Shown here: positions 1 to 10,655 of the stretch, piece after piece
How positions within the stretch are numbered: position 1 is the stretch's first letter
Layout of the letters: each line of letters opens with the position of its first letter
DNA from: Flavobacteriaceae bacterium
GTDB taxonomy: Bacteria > Bacteroidota > Bacteroidia > Flavobacteriales > Flavobacteriaceae
DNA: 64,000 bases
Reading direction: 5' to 3'
Assembly (NCBI GenBank): GCA_039985375.1
Contig: JBDWSS010000055.1
Span: forward strand, 15,286 to 79,285
The notes under the pieces: model-generated
Seen by the model: only the letters and a program-made list of their open reading frames with translations
Databases searched by the model: none
Told to the model about the DNA's origin: nothing
Made by a program: the position numbers and the translations under genes

Positions 1-102
1 ATGTATGGCTTTTTTGTCATTATATTCTTGCATCATCCTTTTTTGCACTAATTTTTCATCATTTTTTTTGATTATTTTTGTCCGGACTTCAACATATCTT
101 CA

Positions 103-810
103 ATGCAATACAAAAGAATTTTATTAAAGTTAAGTGGAGAAGCCCTAATGGGGGAACAGCAATATGGAATTGATGCACAACGTCTTTCCGAATATGCAGA
201 GGACATAAAGGCGGTCATTGCAAAAGGTATTGAGGTAGCCATTGTGATTGGTGGTGGAAATATTTTTAGGGGACTTGCAGGTGCAAGCCAAGGTATGGAT
301 CGTGTTCAAGGTGATCATATGGGAATGCTTGCAACGGTAATCAATGGCCTTGCACTACAAAGTGCCTTGGAACTCCAAGGCGTTGAAACCCGACTTCAAT
401 CTGCTATAAAAATAAATGAGGTGGCAGAACCTTTCATTAGAAGAAGGGCCATGCGGCATTTGGAAAAAGGTAGAGTCGTTATTTTTGGTGGTGGAACTGG
501 AAACCCTTATTTCACTACAGATTCGGCTGCAGTTTTAAGAGCTATTGAAATAAAGGCCGATGTAATCCTAAAGGGAACAAGAGTGGATGGCATATATACA
601 TCGGATCCCGAAAAAGATAAAAATGCCACCAAATTCGATAGTATATCCTTTACCGATGTCTTGGCAAAAGGCCTGAAGGTAATGGATACAACTGCATTTA
701 CTCTAAGCCAAGAAAATGAGCTTCCTATTGTGGTCTTTGATATGAACACAAGAGGAAACCTAATGAAAATAGTTTCGGGTGAAAATATAGGAACTGTAGT
801 CAATGTCTAA
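103..810 (+). CDS. pyrH: UMP kinase
   Basis: 235-aa ORF with amino-acid-kinase motifs [12 protein letters not shown] and [10 protein letters not shown]. Followed by frr, the usual pyrH-frr synteny. Confidence 0.95.
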   Translation: MQYKRILLKLSGEALMGEQQYGIDAQRLSEYAEDIKAVIAKGIEVAIVIGGGNIFRGLAGASQGMDRVQGDHMGMLATVINGLALQSALELQGVETRLQSAIKINEVAEPFIRRRAMRHLEKGRVVIFGGGTGNPYFTTDSAAVLRAIEIKADVILKGTRVDGIYTSDPEKDKNATKFDSISFTDVLAKGLKVMDTTAFTLSQENELPIVVFDMNTRGNLMKIVSGENIGTVVNV

Positions 811-851
811 ATTGGCATACGCTTTGATTCCGTTATTAAAATTTTACAATT

Positions 852-1406
852 ATGAATGAAGAAGTAACATTTGTACTGGAAAGCACCAAAGAAAGCATGG
901 ATGGTAGTATTTCCCATTTAGAAAAAGCTTTGATAAAGATACGTGCCGGAAAAGCAAGTCCCGTAATGTTATCAACGGTTATGGTAGAGTATTATGGTTC
1001 CGTAACACCTCTTTCGCAGGTATCGAACATTAACACCCCAGATGCAAGGACTATTTCCGTGCAACCTTGGGAAAAAAGCATCCTTTCCGATATTGAAACC
1101 GCCATTACCAATTCAAATTTAGGTTTTAACCCCATGAATAATGGTGAAATGATCATTATCAATGTTCCACCACTTACAGAAGAACGTAGGGTTCAGTTGG
1201 TAAAACAGGCAAAAGCTGAGGCCGAAGATGCAAAAGTAAGTATCCGAAGTGCGAGGCAGGATGCCAATAAAGAACTTAAAACTTTGGAAATATCGGAAGA
1301 CCTCCAAAAAAATGCAGAGGTAGATATTCAGGAGCTTACCGATGCTTATAGCAAAAAAGTGGACAGCATTCTTTCCGTTAAGGAAGTCGAAATAATGAAA
1401 GTTTAA
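852..1406 (+). CDS. frr: ribosome recycling factor
   Basis: 184-aa ORF of full RRF length and character (VQPWEKS, PPLTEERRVQLVK). Lies directly after pyrH. Confidence 0.95.
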   Translation: MNEEVTFVLESTKESMDGSISHLEKALIKIRAGKASPVMLSTVMVEYYGSVTPLSQVSNINTPDARTISVQPWEKSILSDIETAITNSNLGFNPMNNGEMIIINVPPLTEERRVQLVKQAKAEAEDAKVSIRSARQDANKELKTLEISEDLQKNAEVDIQELTDAYSKKVDSILSVKEVEIMKV

Positions 1407-1483
1407 TTTCATCGCTATTTACCTTTGGCTTTCTTTAGGAACACCGCCTATCATTCTATACCTTTGCCTCCAATAAAACCCAT

Positions 1484-3880
1484 ATGGTAGCAAAGCTCAC
1501 TAAAGGATTTTGGCCAAAGGTCGCCAGTATTATTCTAAGGAATAGAATTCTTATTCTTTTAGGCGTAGCCGCTTTTACCGTTTTTTTGGGGCTTCAATGG
1601 AAAAACATGCAGTTTTCCAATACCGAAGCAAACATTCTTCCCGATGACCATCCTGCTACAATTCAATACAATGCTTTTAAAAGTGTTTTTGGGGAGGAGG
1701 GGAATGCGATAGTACTGGCCATTAGGGATTCATTACTTTTTACTCCTAGCAACTTTAATCGCTGGAATAAGTTAAGCAAACAACTAGAAGCCTTTCCAGA
1801 AATCGATTTTGTAGTATCTACAGATAACCTTAAGGTTTTGACCAAGGACAATGACAAACAAGAATTTGTCATGAAACCCTTTATTGAAGATCAGCCGGAA
1901 ACCAAGGAGGAGGTTAATACGCTCAAAAACCATCTTTTCAAGGAACTTCCTTTTTACGAAAATATTATTTACAATCCCAATAGTGGCACAATACAGACCA
2001 TTGCCTATTTGGATAAGGATATTATGAATACCGCCGTGAGGAATGAGTTTATCCTTAACGACCTTGCCGACCTTGTCGATGGCTTTGAGGAGGAGACCAA
2101 TCTTGACATAAGGGTATCCGGCATGCCCTACATTCGTACTTGGAACACCAAATCCATTGTTGATGAAATTGGAATCTTTATTGTTGCGGCCTTATTGGTT
2201 ACCTCCCTTATTTTCTTTTTCTTTTTTAGAAGTTTCAGGGCCACTATAATTTCCATGTGTGTCGTAATCATTGGTGTTATGTGGGCCTTTGGAATCTTGG
2301 GTCTTTTGCGTTATGAAATTACAATTCTAACCGCGCTTATCCCTCCGTTGATTATTGTCATTGGGATTCCCAATTGTATATTTTTGATCAATAAATATCA
2401 ACAAGAGGTTAAAAAGCATGGAAATCAGGCACTATCACTTCAACGTGTCATTTCCAAAATCGGCAATGCCACCTTAATGACCAACATCACCACAGCTTCG
2501 GGCTTTGCTACATTTATCATTTTAGATAGTGACCTTTTGAAGGAGTTTGGCATTGTGGCCTCCATAAATATCATTGGCATTTTTATTCTATCCTTGCTGA
2601 TTATCCCTATTGTCTACAGTTTTATGCCGCTTCCAAAAACGAAGCACTTAAAACACCTGAACAAGAAATGGATCGACATTTTTGTAAATTGGATGGAGCG
2701 CATGGTTAGGCATTATCGTATAGGAGTTTATATCACCGCTGTAATTGTTTTGGTATTGAGCATTGTTGGGATTTATCAGATTGAGATTACCGGGAGTAGA
2801 ATCGAGGATTTACCCAAAGACACCCATTATTTTAAGGATATTCGCTTTTTCGAGGAAGAATTCGATGGGATTATGCCCATGGAAATTGTAGTGGATACAA
2901 AAAGAAAAAACGGGGCCATAAAACCAGCTACTTTGAGGCGGATGAATCAGCTAGGAACCGTTATTGAAGAAACACCGGAACTTTCCAAACCCATATCCCT
3001 TGTCAATTTAATCAAGTATTCAAAACAGGCATTTTACAACGGGATCCCCAAGTATTACCAATTGCCAACATCCCAAGAAAATACATTTATAATGGATGTG
3101 GCCAGAAAATCCTCCAATGATGGAAACCTTCTGGAAAGTTTTGTTGATAGCACCGGACAAACGGCCCGTATAACCTCCTTTATGCGCGATGTTAAAATTG
3201 ACCGTATGGAAGAAATTGAACAGGACATGCTCCAATCCATTGCCAAATTTTTTCCTACAGAACGGTACAATGTTTTTATGACAGGTAAAGCATTATTATT
3301 TTTAAAAGGCACCAAGTATCTTGTAAAAAACCTTTTGCTTTCCTTGGCCCTTGCTATTGGATTGATTTCTTTGTTTATGGCCTACCTGTTTCGTTCCTTC
3401 AGAATGATTATAATTTCATTGGTCCCTAACCTACTCCCGTTGGTTATTACCGCAGGACTTATGGGCTATTTGGGTGTTCCCATTAAACCATCTACCATAC
3501 TGGTATTTAGCATTGCATTTGGTATTTCTGTAGACGATACTATTCATTTTCTGGCCAAGTACAGACAAGAACTGGCCGCAAACCGCTGGCAAATAAAAAA
3601 ATCTGTTTATGCCGCCTTAAGAGAAACGGGCGTGAGTATGTTCTATACTTCCATTGTGTTGTTTTTTGGGTTTTCCGTATTCATCATATCCAATTTTGGG
3701 GGAACCAAAGCTTTAGGGGGATTGGTATCCGCGACCTTACTTTTTGCCATGCTTGCCAATCTAGTTTTACTTCCTTCACTACTACTTTCGTTGGAAAGAA
3801 GTATAGCCAACAAGGAAGTACTCAAAAAACCACAGATAGATATCTTACCAAAAGACGAGGTTAACCTTAAAGATAAATAG
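1484..3880 (+). CDS. MMPL/RND-superfamily membrane transporter (sterol-sensing-domain-like)
   Basis: 798-aa ORF with two repeated halves. Each half has a large soluble loop followed by a block of about 5-6 TM helices. Confidence 0.8.
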   Translation: MVAKLTKGFWPKVASIILRNRILILLGVAAFTVFLGLQWKNMQFSNTEANILPDDHPATIQYNAFKSVFGEEGNAIVLAIRDSLLFTPSNFNRWNKLSKQLEAFPEIDFVVSTDNLKVLTKDNDKQEFVMKPFIEDQPETKEEVNTLKNHLFKELPFYENIIYNPNSGTIQTIAYLDKDIMNTAVRNEFILNDLADLVDGFEEETNLDIRVSGMPYIRTWNTKSIVDEIGIFIVAALLVTSLIFFFFFRSFRATIISMCVVIIGVMWAFGILGLLRYEITILTALIPPLIIVIGIPNCIFLINKYQQEVKKHGNQALSLQRVISKIGNATLMTNITTASGFATFIILDSDLLKEFGIVASINIIGIFILSLLIIPIVYSFMPLPKTKHLKHLNKKWIDIFVNWMERMVRHYRIGVYITAVIVLVLSIVGIYQIEITGSRIEDLPKDTHYFKDIRFFEEEFDGIMPMEIVVDTKRKNGAIKPATLRRMNQLGTVIEETPELSKPISLVNLIKYSKQAFYNGIPKYYQLPTSQENTFIMDVARKSSNDGNLLESFVDSTGQTARITSFMRDVKIDRMEEIEQDMLQSIAKFFPTERYNVFMTGKALLFLKGTKYLVKNLLLSLALAIGLISLFMAYLFRSFRMIIISLVPNLLPLVITAGLMGYLGVPIKPSTILVFSIAFGISVDDTIHFLAKYRQELAANRWQIKKSVYAALRETGVSMFYTSIVLFFGFSVFIISNFGGTKALGGLVSATLLFAMLANLVLLPSLLLSLERSIANKEVLKKPQIDILPKDEVNLKDK

Positions 3881-3973
3881 CAGTTCTTGACACTCCAATA
3901 ATTAAGCGGATTCCATTGCTATCATTTTTCATCAAAAACCTATCTTTACCGCTTAATTTACGATAGCCTGGAA

Positions 3974-5407
3974 ATGAACTCTTATTCTATTAAAGAATTG
4001 CTTAACAAGCAACCTATTGGGGATTCTGTTGAAATAAACGGATGGGTAAAAACATTTAGAAGCAACCGATTTATTGCTTTGAACGATGGCTCAACAATAC
4101 ACAATTTACAGTGTGTTGTTGATTTTGAAAATTTTGATGAAAATTTACTTAAACAAATTTCCACAGGTGCGGCCTTAAAAATTTCCGGAACCCTTGTGGA
4201 AAGCCAGGGAAGAGGACAAACTGTTGAAATCCAAGCTACGGATGTCTTTGTCCATGGAACTGCAGACCCAGAAACCTATCCGATACAGCCAAAGAAACAT
4301 TCCCTGGAATTTTTAAGGGAAAAAGCCCACCTTAGGGTACGCACCAACACCTTTTCTGCGATTATGCGTGTTCGATCTACGTTGTCTTTTGCCATTCATA
4401 GCTATTTCCAGCAAAACGGATTTTATTATATGCATGCACCTATTGTTACAGGTTCTGATGCCGAAGGAGCTGGAGAAATGTTTCGGGTTACTACCTTGGA
4501 ACCAAAAAACCCTTCCTTAAATGAAAACGGCGGTGTAGACTATACCAAGGATTTCTTTGGAAAAGAGACCAATCTCACCGTTTCCGGACAATTGGAAGCA
4601 GAGACCTACGCTATGGGATTAGGCAAGGTATATACTTTTGGCCCCACGTTTAGGGCCGAAAATTCCAACACATCCAGACACCTTTCCGAGTTTTGGATGA
4701 TTGAACCCGAAATGGCATTTTATGATTTGGATGCCAATATGGATCTGACCGAAGATTTCATAAAGTGGGTACTCCAATATATTTTGGACAATTGCCAGGA
4801 TGACCTCGAGTTTTTGGAAAAGCGGCTTTTGGATGAGGAAAAGTCAAAACCTCAAAATGAACGCTCTGAAATGGCACTTTTGGAAAAACTCAAATTTGTT
4901 GTAGACAACAAGTTCAAAAGGGTAAGCTATACCGAGGCGATTGATATTTTAAAGAACAGCAAACCAAATAAAAAGAAGAAATTTCAATTTCCGATTGATG
5001 CATGGGGAGCAGACCTTCAAAGCGAACATGAGCGCTTTTTGGTTGAGAAGCATTTTAAATGCCCCGTAATTCTTTTTGATTATCCAGCCAACATTAAGGC
5101 ATTTTATATGCGATTAAACGAAGATGGAAAAACCGTTCGGGCCATGGACGTTCTTTTCCCGGGCATTGGCGAAATTGTTGGGGGTTCGCAACGGGAAGAA
5201 CGCTTGGAAGTACTTCAACAGAAAATAAAGGACTTGGATATCGATGAAAAGGAACTCTGGTGGTATTTGGACCTTAGGAGATTTGGCACGGCGGTACATA
5301 GTGGTTTTGGGCTTGGCTTTGAGCGCTTGGTTCAATTTACCACGGGAATGGGGAATATTCGGGATGTAATTCCCTACCCTCGAACTCCTCAGAATGCGGA
5401 GTTTTAA
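3974..5407 (+). CDS. asnS: asparagine--tRNA ligase
   Basis: 477-aa ORF with an N-terminal OB anticodon-binding region and class II aaRS core motifs ([30 protein letters not shown]). Confidence 0.95.
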   Translation: MNSYSIKELLNKQPIGDSVEINGWVKTFRSNRFIALNDGSTIHNLQCVVDFENFDENLLKQISTGAALKISGTLVESQGRGQTVEIQATDVFVHGTADPETYPIQPKKHSLEFLREKAHLRVRTNTFSAIMRVRSTLSFAIHSYFQQNGFYYMHAPIVTGSDAEGAGEMFRVTTLEPKNPSLNENGGVDYTKDFFGKETNLTVSGQLEAETYAMGLGKVYTFGPTFRAENSNTSRHLSEFWMIEPEMAFYDLDANMDLTEDFIKWVLQYILDNCQDDLEFLEKRLLDEEKSKPQNERSEMALLEKLKFVVDNKFKRVSYTEAIDILKNSKPNKKKKFQFPIDAWGADLQSEHERFLVEKHFKCPVILFDYPANIKAFYMRLNEDGKTVRAMDVLFPGIGEIVGGSQREERLEVLQQKIKDLDIDEKELWWYLDLRRFGTAVHSGFGLGFERLVQFTTGMGNIRDVIPYPRTPQNAEF

Positions 5408-5451
5408 ATTGAATGCTTAAATTTATATAGAAAGGAAGATTATACATCTTT

Positions 5452-6909
5452 ATGTTAAAACAACATCTACAGTTTAAGCTTTCCCAAAAGTTGTCTCCAC
5501 AGCAGATACAGCTCATGAAGCTAATTCAGCTGCCAACCCAGGCTTTTGAGCAACGTTTAAAGCAGGAACTTGAGGAAAATCCAGCCCTGGAAAGCGGAAA
5601 AGCCGAAAGTGAATCAATGGATGAGGGTTTCGAGGACAGTTATGACGACACCTCGGATAGCGAAACCATTCCTGCCGAAGAAATTAACATAGATGATTAT
5701 TTGAGTGATGATGAGATTCCCGATTATAGGACCCAGACCAGCAATTATAGCCCTGATGATGATGAAAAAAGCATTCCTTATGCAGCAGGAACGTCCTTTA
5801 ACCAATATTTACTCAATCAGCTTAATACCGTTTATCTAGATGATGAAGAATGGGCCATCGCCGAATTTTTGGTCGGTAGTGTAGATGAAAGTGGTTATAT
5901 ACGGAGACCGCTCTCCGACATTATGGATGACCTTGCCTTTACCCAGAATATTTATACTGAGGAGCATAAAATTGAAAGTGTACTGCATACTGTTCAGGAG
6001 CTCGACCCGCCAGGTGTGGCAGCTAGGTCCTTGGATGAGTGCCTTATCATTCAATTAAAGCGAAAAGAGAAAAATACCGCCGTTGTCTTGGCTATCTCAA
6101 TTTTAGAAAAGTCCTTTGAGCAATTCACCAAAAAGCACTATTCCAAGCTGATCCAAAAATTTCATGTCTCCGAGGAAGGACTTAAAAGTGCTATTTCTGA
6201 AATTGAAAAACTAAACCCAAAACCTGGTGGTTCTTATTCGGGCAATACCAGAATTATTGAGCACATCGTTCCTGATTTCTCCATTAAAATCGTTGAAGGG
6301 GAACTGGAACTGACCTTAAATGGCAGAAATGCACCGGAGCTTCATGTTTCCAGAGATTACAACAATATGTTGGAAGGGTATAAAAATTCAAAGGAAAAAT
6401 CCAAATCTCAAAAAGACACTGTACTTTTCATAAAGCAAAAGCTGGATGCAGCCAAATGGTTTATAGATGCCATCAAACAAAGGCAACAGACGTTATATGT
6501 TACCATGAGTACAATTATGAATTATCAAAGAGAGTATTTTTTAAGTGGTGATGAACGTAAATTACGCCCCATGATCCTAAAAGATATTGCTGACCAAATT
6601 CATATGGACGTTTCTACAGTTTCGAGAGTGGCCAACAGCAAATATGTAGATACTCCCTATGGAACAAAATTGATCAAGGAATACTTTTCCGAAGCCATGA
6701 AAAATGAACAGGGAGAGGACGTATCAACAAAAGAAATAAAAAAGATACTGGAAACCGTCATAGGAGAAGAGGAAAAAAAGAAACCATTGACGGATGATAA
6801 ACTAGCGAAAATACTTAAGGAACGCGGATACCCTATCGCAAGAAGAACAGTGGCCAAGTATAGGGAACAATTGGGCATCTCCGTGGCAAGATTAAGAAAA
6901 CAAATTTAA
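5452..6909 (+). CDS. rpoN: RNA polymerase sigma-54 factor
   Basis: 485-aa ORF with a Gln/Leu-rich N-terminus, an acidic region II and the C-terminal RpoN box ARRTVAKYRE. Confidence 0.95.
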   Translation: MLKQHLQFKLSQKLSPQQIQLMKLIQLPTQAFEQRLKQELEENPALESGKAESESMDEGFEDSYDDTSDSETIPAEEINIDDYLSDDEIPDYRTQTSNYSPDDDEKSIPYAAGTSFNQYLLNQLNTVYLDDEEWAIAEFLVGSVDESGYIRRPLSDIMDDLAFTQNIYTEEHKIESVLHTVQELDPPGVAARSLDECLIIQLKRKEKNTAVVLAISILEKSFEQFTKKHYSKLIQKFHVSEEGLKSAISEIEKLNPKPGGSYSGNTRIIEHIVPDFSIKIVEGELELTLNGRNAPELHVSRDYNNMLEGYKNSKEKSKSQKDTVLFIKQKLDAAKWFIDAIKQRQQTLYVTMSTIMNYQREYFLSGDERKLRPMILKDIADQIHMDVSTVSRVANSKYVDTPYGTKLIKEYFSEAMKNEQGEDVSTKEIKKILETVIGEEEKKKPLTDDKLAKILKERGYPIARRTVAKYREQLGISVARLRKQI

Positions 6910-7511
6910 TGCGCCATTTTCTAAACATAGTTTCCTATGTTTTCCACCCTTTGTTTGTTCCCATTGGAGGAACGGTCCTTTACTTTTTCCTAACCCCCTA
7001 TAGCACTCTGGAAATACAAAGCGGTAATATCCTTCCCATTTTTATTCTTACTGTCATCATTCCAATCATTTTTTTCCTGATTTTAAAGAACGTTGGGGTA
7101 ATCAGCTCAATTTTTTTATCAACACTTCAAGAACGCAAATATCCTCTTTACATTATTTGCATATTACTGTTGATGATTCTTTATAAGGTAATACCAAATA
7201 ATTATGTTCCCGAACTGTTTTATTTTTTTACGGGCCTGTTAACAGCTATTGGTACTTCCATCATATTGTTGTTTTTAAAGTTTAAAACAAGTATTCATCT
7301 TTTAGGCATGGGAAGTATTCTAATGTTCATGATTGGTCTAAGCATTCACTTTGAAAAAAACATTACTTTGGTCATAAGTATATTCACATTGCTAACCGGC
7401 CTTGTTGCCTCATCAAGATTATATCTAAAGGCGCATAGCAAAACTGAATTGTTTATAGGGTTTCTTGTTGGCGTTGGTTCTCAACTTATTATTCTAAAGT
7501 ACTGGCTATAA
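6909..7511 (+). CDS. polytopic membrane protein, weak PAP2-like signature
   Basis: 200-aa ORF with about 6 TM segments. Its start overlaps the rpoN stop (TAATG). C-terminal SRLYLKAHSKTE resembles the PAP2 SR-x5-H-x3-D/E motif; the product call is tentative. Confidence 0.5.
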   Translation: MRHFLNIVSYVFHPLFVPIGGTVLYFFLTPYSTLEIQSGNILPIFILTVIIPIIFFLILKNVGVISSIFLSTLQERKYPLYIICILLLMILYKVIPNNYVPELFYFFTGLLTAIGTSIILLFLKFKTSIHLLGMGSILMFMIGLSIHFEKNITLVISIFTLLTGLVASSRLYLKAHSKTELFIGFLVGVGSQLIILKYWL

Positions 7512-8201
7512 AATATAGAAAATAACACCGATTCTAAGCACCCTCATATCGATTGTTTCCCCGTTTTCTAGATTAACTCCGTCTTCCAATAAAGGATTTA
7601 GGCCGTAATAAGCATGGACATTCCAAGTGTTGTACCCAAAATTAAGCATTAATCCATATTGTAAATTTTGGATATCACTATTTGAAAATCCTGTAGTTTC
7701 AGATGTTGTCACCAATTTTGACCTACCAGAAAACACATACCCCAACTTCATCCCAGCATAAATTCTCCAAAACTTATACTCGTCCACTGTTGAAGTCCTC
7801 CATCTGAGCTCCAATGGAACCTCAATGGCATGGGTTTCAAACTTACTTCTCCTAAAGCCCGCAGAGGTTACAACTTGATAAACTATTTCATTGCCCGTGA
7901 CGCTAGCAACCATATCGCTATAATAGGAGTTAGCAGCATACCCCAACCCCAGCCCCAATCCAAAATTTCTTTTTTGGTTAAAGGGGATATCCTTTATGAA
8001 ACCTGTCTGTAAATTATACGATAAGCTTTTCTGGACAACATCGGTTGGCCTTTCCAAAAGGATATTGAAGCCTAATCCAATATAAAATTGGTCCTCTAGA
8101 TATTTACTGTAACTCAATGTGTTTGTTGAATCTTCCTGTGCTTTAATACCATGGCAAGAAATTAAACAAAGAAATAAAACCAAACCGTTTCTCATGTACA
8201 T
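7506..8201 (-). CDS. outer-membrane beta-barrel (porin/PorT-like) protein
   Basis: 231-aa ORF with a signal peptide, alternating aromatic/Gly beta-strand pattern and a C-terminal aromatic residue pattern (RIGVIFYIL). Confidence 0.7.
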   Translation of the reverse strand: MYMRNGLVLFLCLISCHGIKAQEDSTNTLSYSKYLEDQFYIGLGFNILLERPTDVVQKSLSYNLQTGFIKDIPFNQKRNFGLGLGLGYAANSYYSDMVASVTGNEIVYQVVTSAGFRRSKFETHAIEVPLELRWRTSTVDEYKFWRIYAGMKLGYVFSGRSKLVTTSETTGFSNSDIQNLQYGLMLNFGYNTWNVHAYYGLNPLLEDGVNLENGETIDMRVLRIGVIFYIL

Positions 8202-8213
8202 TGATCTAAAGCT

Positions 8214-8250
8214 AAAAACAATCCAAATTAATCATTTGGATTGTTTTTTT
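8214..8250 (-). terminator. hairpin terminator after the distal ExbD pair
   Basis: Perfect 11-bp stem ACAATCCAAAT / ATTTGGATTGT with loop TAATC, flanked by an A-tract and a T-tract. Lies between the exbD stop (8267) and the porin start (8201). Confidence 0.5.
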
Positions 8251-8266
8251 GGTCTCTGTTTTACAC

Positions 8267-8755
8267 TTATTTCATATTCGTAAATGCATCTCCTTCATAG
8301 GTAGTATAATTTACCTTCAATACGTTTACCTTTCTCAACTCCTGTTTAATATCGGATACTATACCTACATTTACATCTTTATCAACTTTAAGTGAAACCG
8401 TAACTAAATTTCTAATGGCTTCTGGTTTCTTTGCCAATTCAGATAGCACGTAGGGCGCAATATCAATCACATTTGCCAACTTATTGTCTAGTTGAATTTT
8501 AGGTTCAGACCCCAAAACCTCGGCCAATTCAGGAGATGGTTCTCCTACAAATATTTCAATTACCCTATCCTTTTTCGCCAATCTTTTTATCTGATCGGCG
8601 TTAGGCAAATTATTATCCACCAAAAGAGTATTGTTCTTTATTGTAGTTACGGTCATAAAGAAGAACAATAACATAAACACGATGTCTGGCAGTGATGCTG
8701 TGGAAATAGTTGGCACCCTACTCTTTGTATTCTTAAAGTTTTTCATCCTATCCAT
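8267..8755 (-). CDS. exbD: ExbD/TolR biopolymer transport protein (short type, copy 2)
   Basis: 162-aa ORF with an N-terminal TM carrying the ExbD signature SLPDIVFMLLFFFM. Paralog of 9545-10027. Confidence 0.85.
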   Translation of the reverse strand: MDRMKNFKNTKSRVPTISTASLPDIVFMLLFFFMTVTTIKNNTLLVDNNLPNADQIKRLAKKDRVIEIFVGEPSPELAEVLGSEPKIQLDNKLANVIDIAPYVLSELAKKPEAIRNLVTVSLKVDKDVNVGIVSDIKQELRKVNVLKVNYTTYEGDAFTNMK

Positions 8756-8756
8756 T

Positions 8757-9377
8757 TTATAGTTTCATATTTGTTTGTGCTTCTGACAGTTTCATGGGAT
8801 ACATATTTCGAATCCTGCTGATTTTCGCCCTGAGTTCCAATTTGGTTTCGCTAGCTGTTTTTGGGTCGAAGTATGTCCTTTCCATTTCAAGAAATTCTGT
8901 GGCATACAGCCTTCTTGATTCGCGATCTCTAAGTTCATTATAAGCCGCTGTAAGTTCATTTTGCACTAGAACATAGGCTCCATATGCCGCCGCTCTATCA
9001 CTATTAAAGGATATAATGGCCTTATTGGGATTGTCCGAGCCATTTGTATCCCGATTACCTAAACAATAATTGCAATAATTTTTATCCCCTACAACCGCAC
9101 CTCCATTATCCAAAAAGGCTATGGCGGCAGATTTTAAGTCCTGTATTTCCATTACATTATCCTCAACCATAAGCTCATTATTTTTGTTGAGACTTATCCT
9201 AAAAAGATTGCGTTCATGTATGGGTAAAGGAGGTGTTGTGTCCTTGGGAGGCAGTTTTCTATCCAGACCCACATCGGTCTGAATGGTGGCGGTAACCAGG
9301 AAAAAAATCAGTAGTAAAAAAGCAATGTCCGCCATGGACCCGGCATTCACCTCGGGCATTTCGTGTTTTCTAGCCAT
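8757..9377 (-). CDS. exbD: ExbD/TolR biopolymer transport protein (long type, copy 2)
   Basis: 206-aa ORF with N-terminal MADIAFLLLIFFLV and a periplasmic domain containing CNYC. Paralog of 10039-10644. Confidence 0.85.
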   Translation of the reverse strand: MARKHEMPEVNAGSMADIAFLLLIFFLVTATIQTDVGLDRKLPPKDTTPPLPIHERNLFRISLNKNNELMVEDNVMEIQDLKSAAIAFLDNGGAVVGDKNYCNYCLGNRDTNGSDNPNKAIISFNSDRAAAYGAYVLVQNELTAAYNELRDRESRRLYATEFLEMERTYFDPKTASETKLELRAKISRIRNMYPMKLSEAQTNMKL

Positions 9378-9485
9378 AATAAAAAGTTTTTGCTGTTAAT
9401 GATTTTGCAAATCCTTTAAGGATTAATTAACAATCACAACAATTGTTCCAAAACATTTTATCGTTGAAAGATGAAATGGCTACAT

Positions 9486-9517
9486 AAAAAAAACACTCCA
9501 AATTTTAGTATTTGGAG
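9486..9517 (-). terminator. rho-independent terminator after the proximal ExbD pair
   Basis: On the minus strand the stem is CTCCAAAT-loop-ATTTGGAG (8 bp plus a G-U pair), followed by an 8-nt T run. It starts 28 nt after the stop of 9545-10027. Confidence 0.6.
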
Positions 9518-9544
9518 CGTTCTTCACTAAATCTAAGTTGTTAC

Positions 9545-10027
9545 TTACTGTATATTATTAAAAGCATCCCCTTCATAGGTCGTGTAATTGACCTTCAAGG
9601 CGTTTACCTCTCTTAATTGTTGTTTAATATCAGCGATAAGCCCCATGTTGGCATTTTTATCAACCTTTAAGGCCGTTGTCAACACATTTTGTAGTTCTTG
9701 AGGTTTCTTAGCTCGTTCTGCTAGAATATAAGAACCTACTTCGTCTACATTGGCAAACTTATCATTCAACTGAATTTTTGGTTCAGTCCCAAAAACCTTT
9801 TGGTATTCTTGAGTTGGTGTACCCACAAAAATATAGATCACCCTGTCTTTCTTCTCCAGTTTCTTAATCTCTGTTGCGTTTGGAAGCACATTATCAACCA
9901 TTAAGGAACTATCTTTCATAGTGGTAACTGTCATAAAGAAAAACAGTAACATAAAGACAATATCGGGTAATGATGCAGTTGATACCGCAGGCAAATCCCC
10001 ATCCTTCTTTTTTGCAAACTTTGCCAT
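9545..10027 (-). CDS. exbD: ExbD/TolR biopolymer transport protein (short type, copy 1)
   Basis: 160-aa ORF with the same SLPDIVFMLLFFFMTVTT TM and C-terminal KVNYTTYEGDAF as 8267-8755. Confidence 0.85.
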   Translation of the reverse strand: MAKFAKKKDGDLPAVSTASLPDIVFMLLFFFMTVTTMKDSSLMVDNVLPNATEIKKLEKKDRVIYIFVGTPTQEYQKVFGTEPKIQLNDKFANVDEVGSYILAERAKKPQELQNVLTTALKVDKNANMGLIADIKQQLREVNALKVNYTTYEGDAFNNIQ

Positions 10028-10038
10028 TCTACTTTAAT

Positions 10039-10644
10039 TTAATTGGTTGATGTTTCCGCTTCAGAAAGTTTCTGTGGAAACATTTCCTGAATACGTTTTA
10101 CTTTGTCCTTAAGACCATCACGTTCACTCGCAGGAGTTTCCGGATTCAAGTAATCCGCTTCCATTTCAGTAAAATCTTGACCATATAAGCGTTGTGCTTC
10201 ACGATTACGTAAATCGTTGTATGCGCCAACCAGCTCATTCTGCACCGTTATATAGGTGCTATACTTGGTCTCACGATCGTTCTTTAACGAGATAATGGCT
10301 TTGGTTGGGTTATCTGATGAAGATAAATCTTTCTTCCCTTTACAGAAGTTACACGAACCATCTGCGCCATTTTCAAGAAATTCCATCGCCGATACACGCA
10401 AATCCTGTAAATCCATCAACTCATCTTCAACCAATAGTTGGCCATTTTTATTGATAGTAACCGTAAAAATATTTTTCTGTTTAATTACCACGTCCTCTTC
10501 TGGCGGTTCAATTGGCGGCAACATACGATCTAATCCCGCATCAGTCTCAATGGTTGTGGTAACCAAGAAAAAGATAAGTAATAAGAAAGCTATGTCAGCC
10601 ATAGAACCGGCATTCACTTCTGGTGCTCCATTTCTTCTAGCCAT
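10039..10644 (-). CDS. exbD: ExbD/TolR biopolymer transport protein (long type, copy 1)
   Basis: 201-aa ORF with the PEVNAGSMADIAFLLLIFFLV N-terminus and CNFC in the periplasmic domain. Confidence 0.85.
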   Translation of the reverse strand: MARRNGAPEVNAGSMADIAFLLLIFFLVTTTIETDAGLDRMLPPIEPPEEDVVIKQKNIFTVTINKNGQLLVEDELMDLQDLRVSAMEFLENGADGSCNFCKGKKDLSSSDNPTKAIISLKNDRETKYSTYITVQNELVGAYNDLRNREAQRLYGQDFTEMEADYLNPETPASERDGLKDKVKRIQEMFPQKLSEAETSTN

Positions 10645-10655
10645 AACTTTTGTTT

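Noticed and set aside
1-20. Possible minus-strand gene start (ATG whose first base is at position 20, reading MTKKPY...) running off the left edge.
   Set aside because: Only 20 nt are visible, which cannot support a feature.
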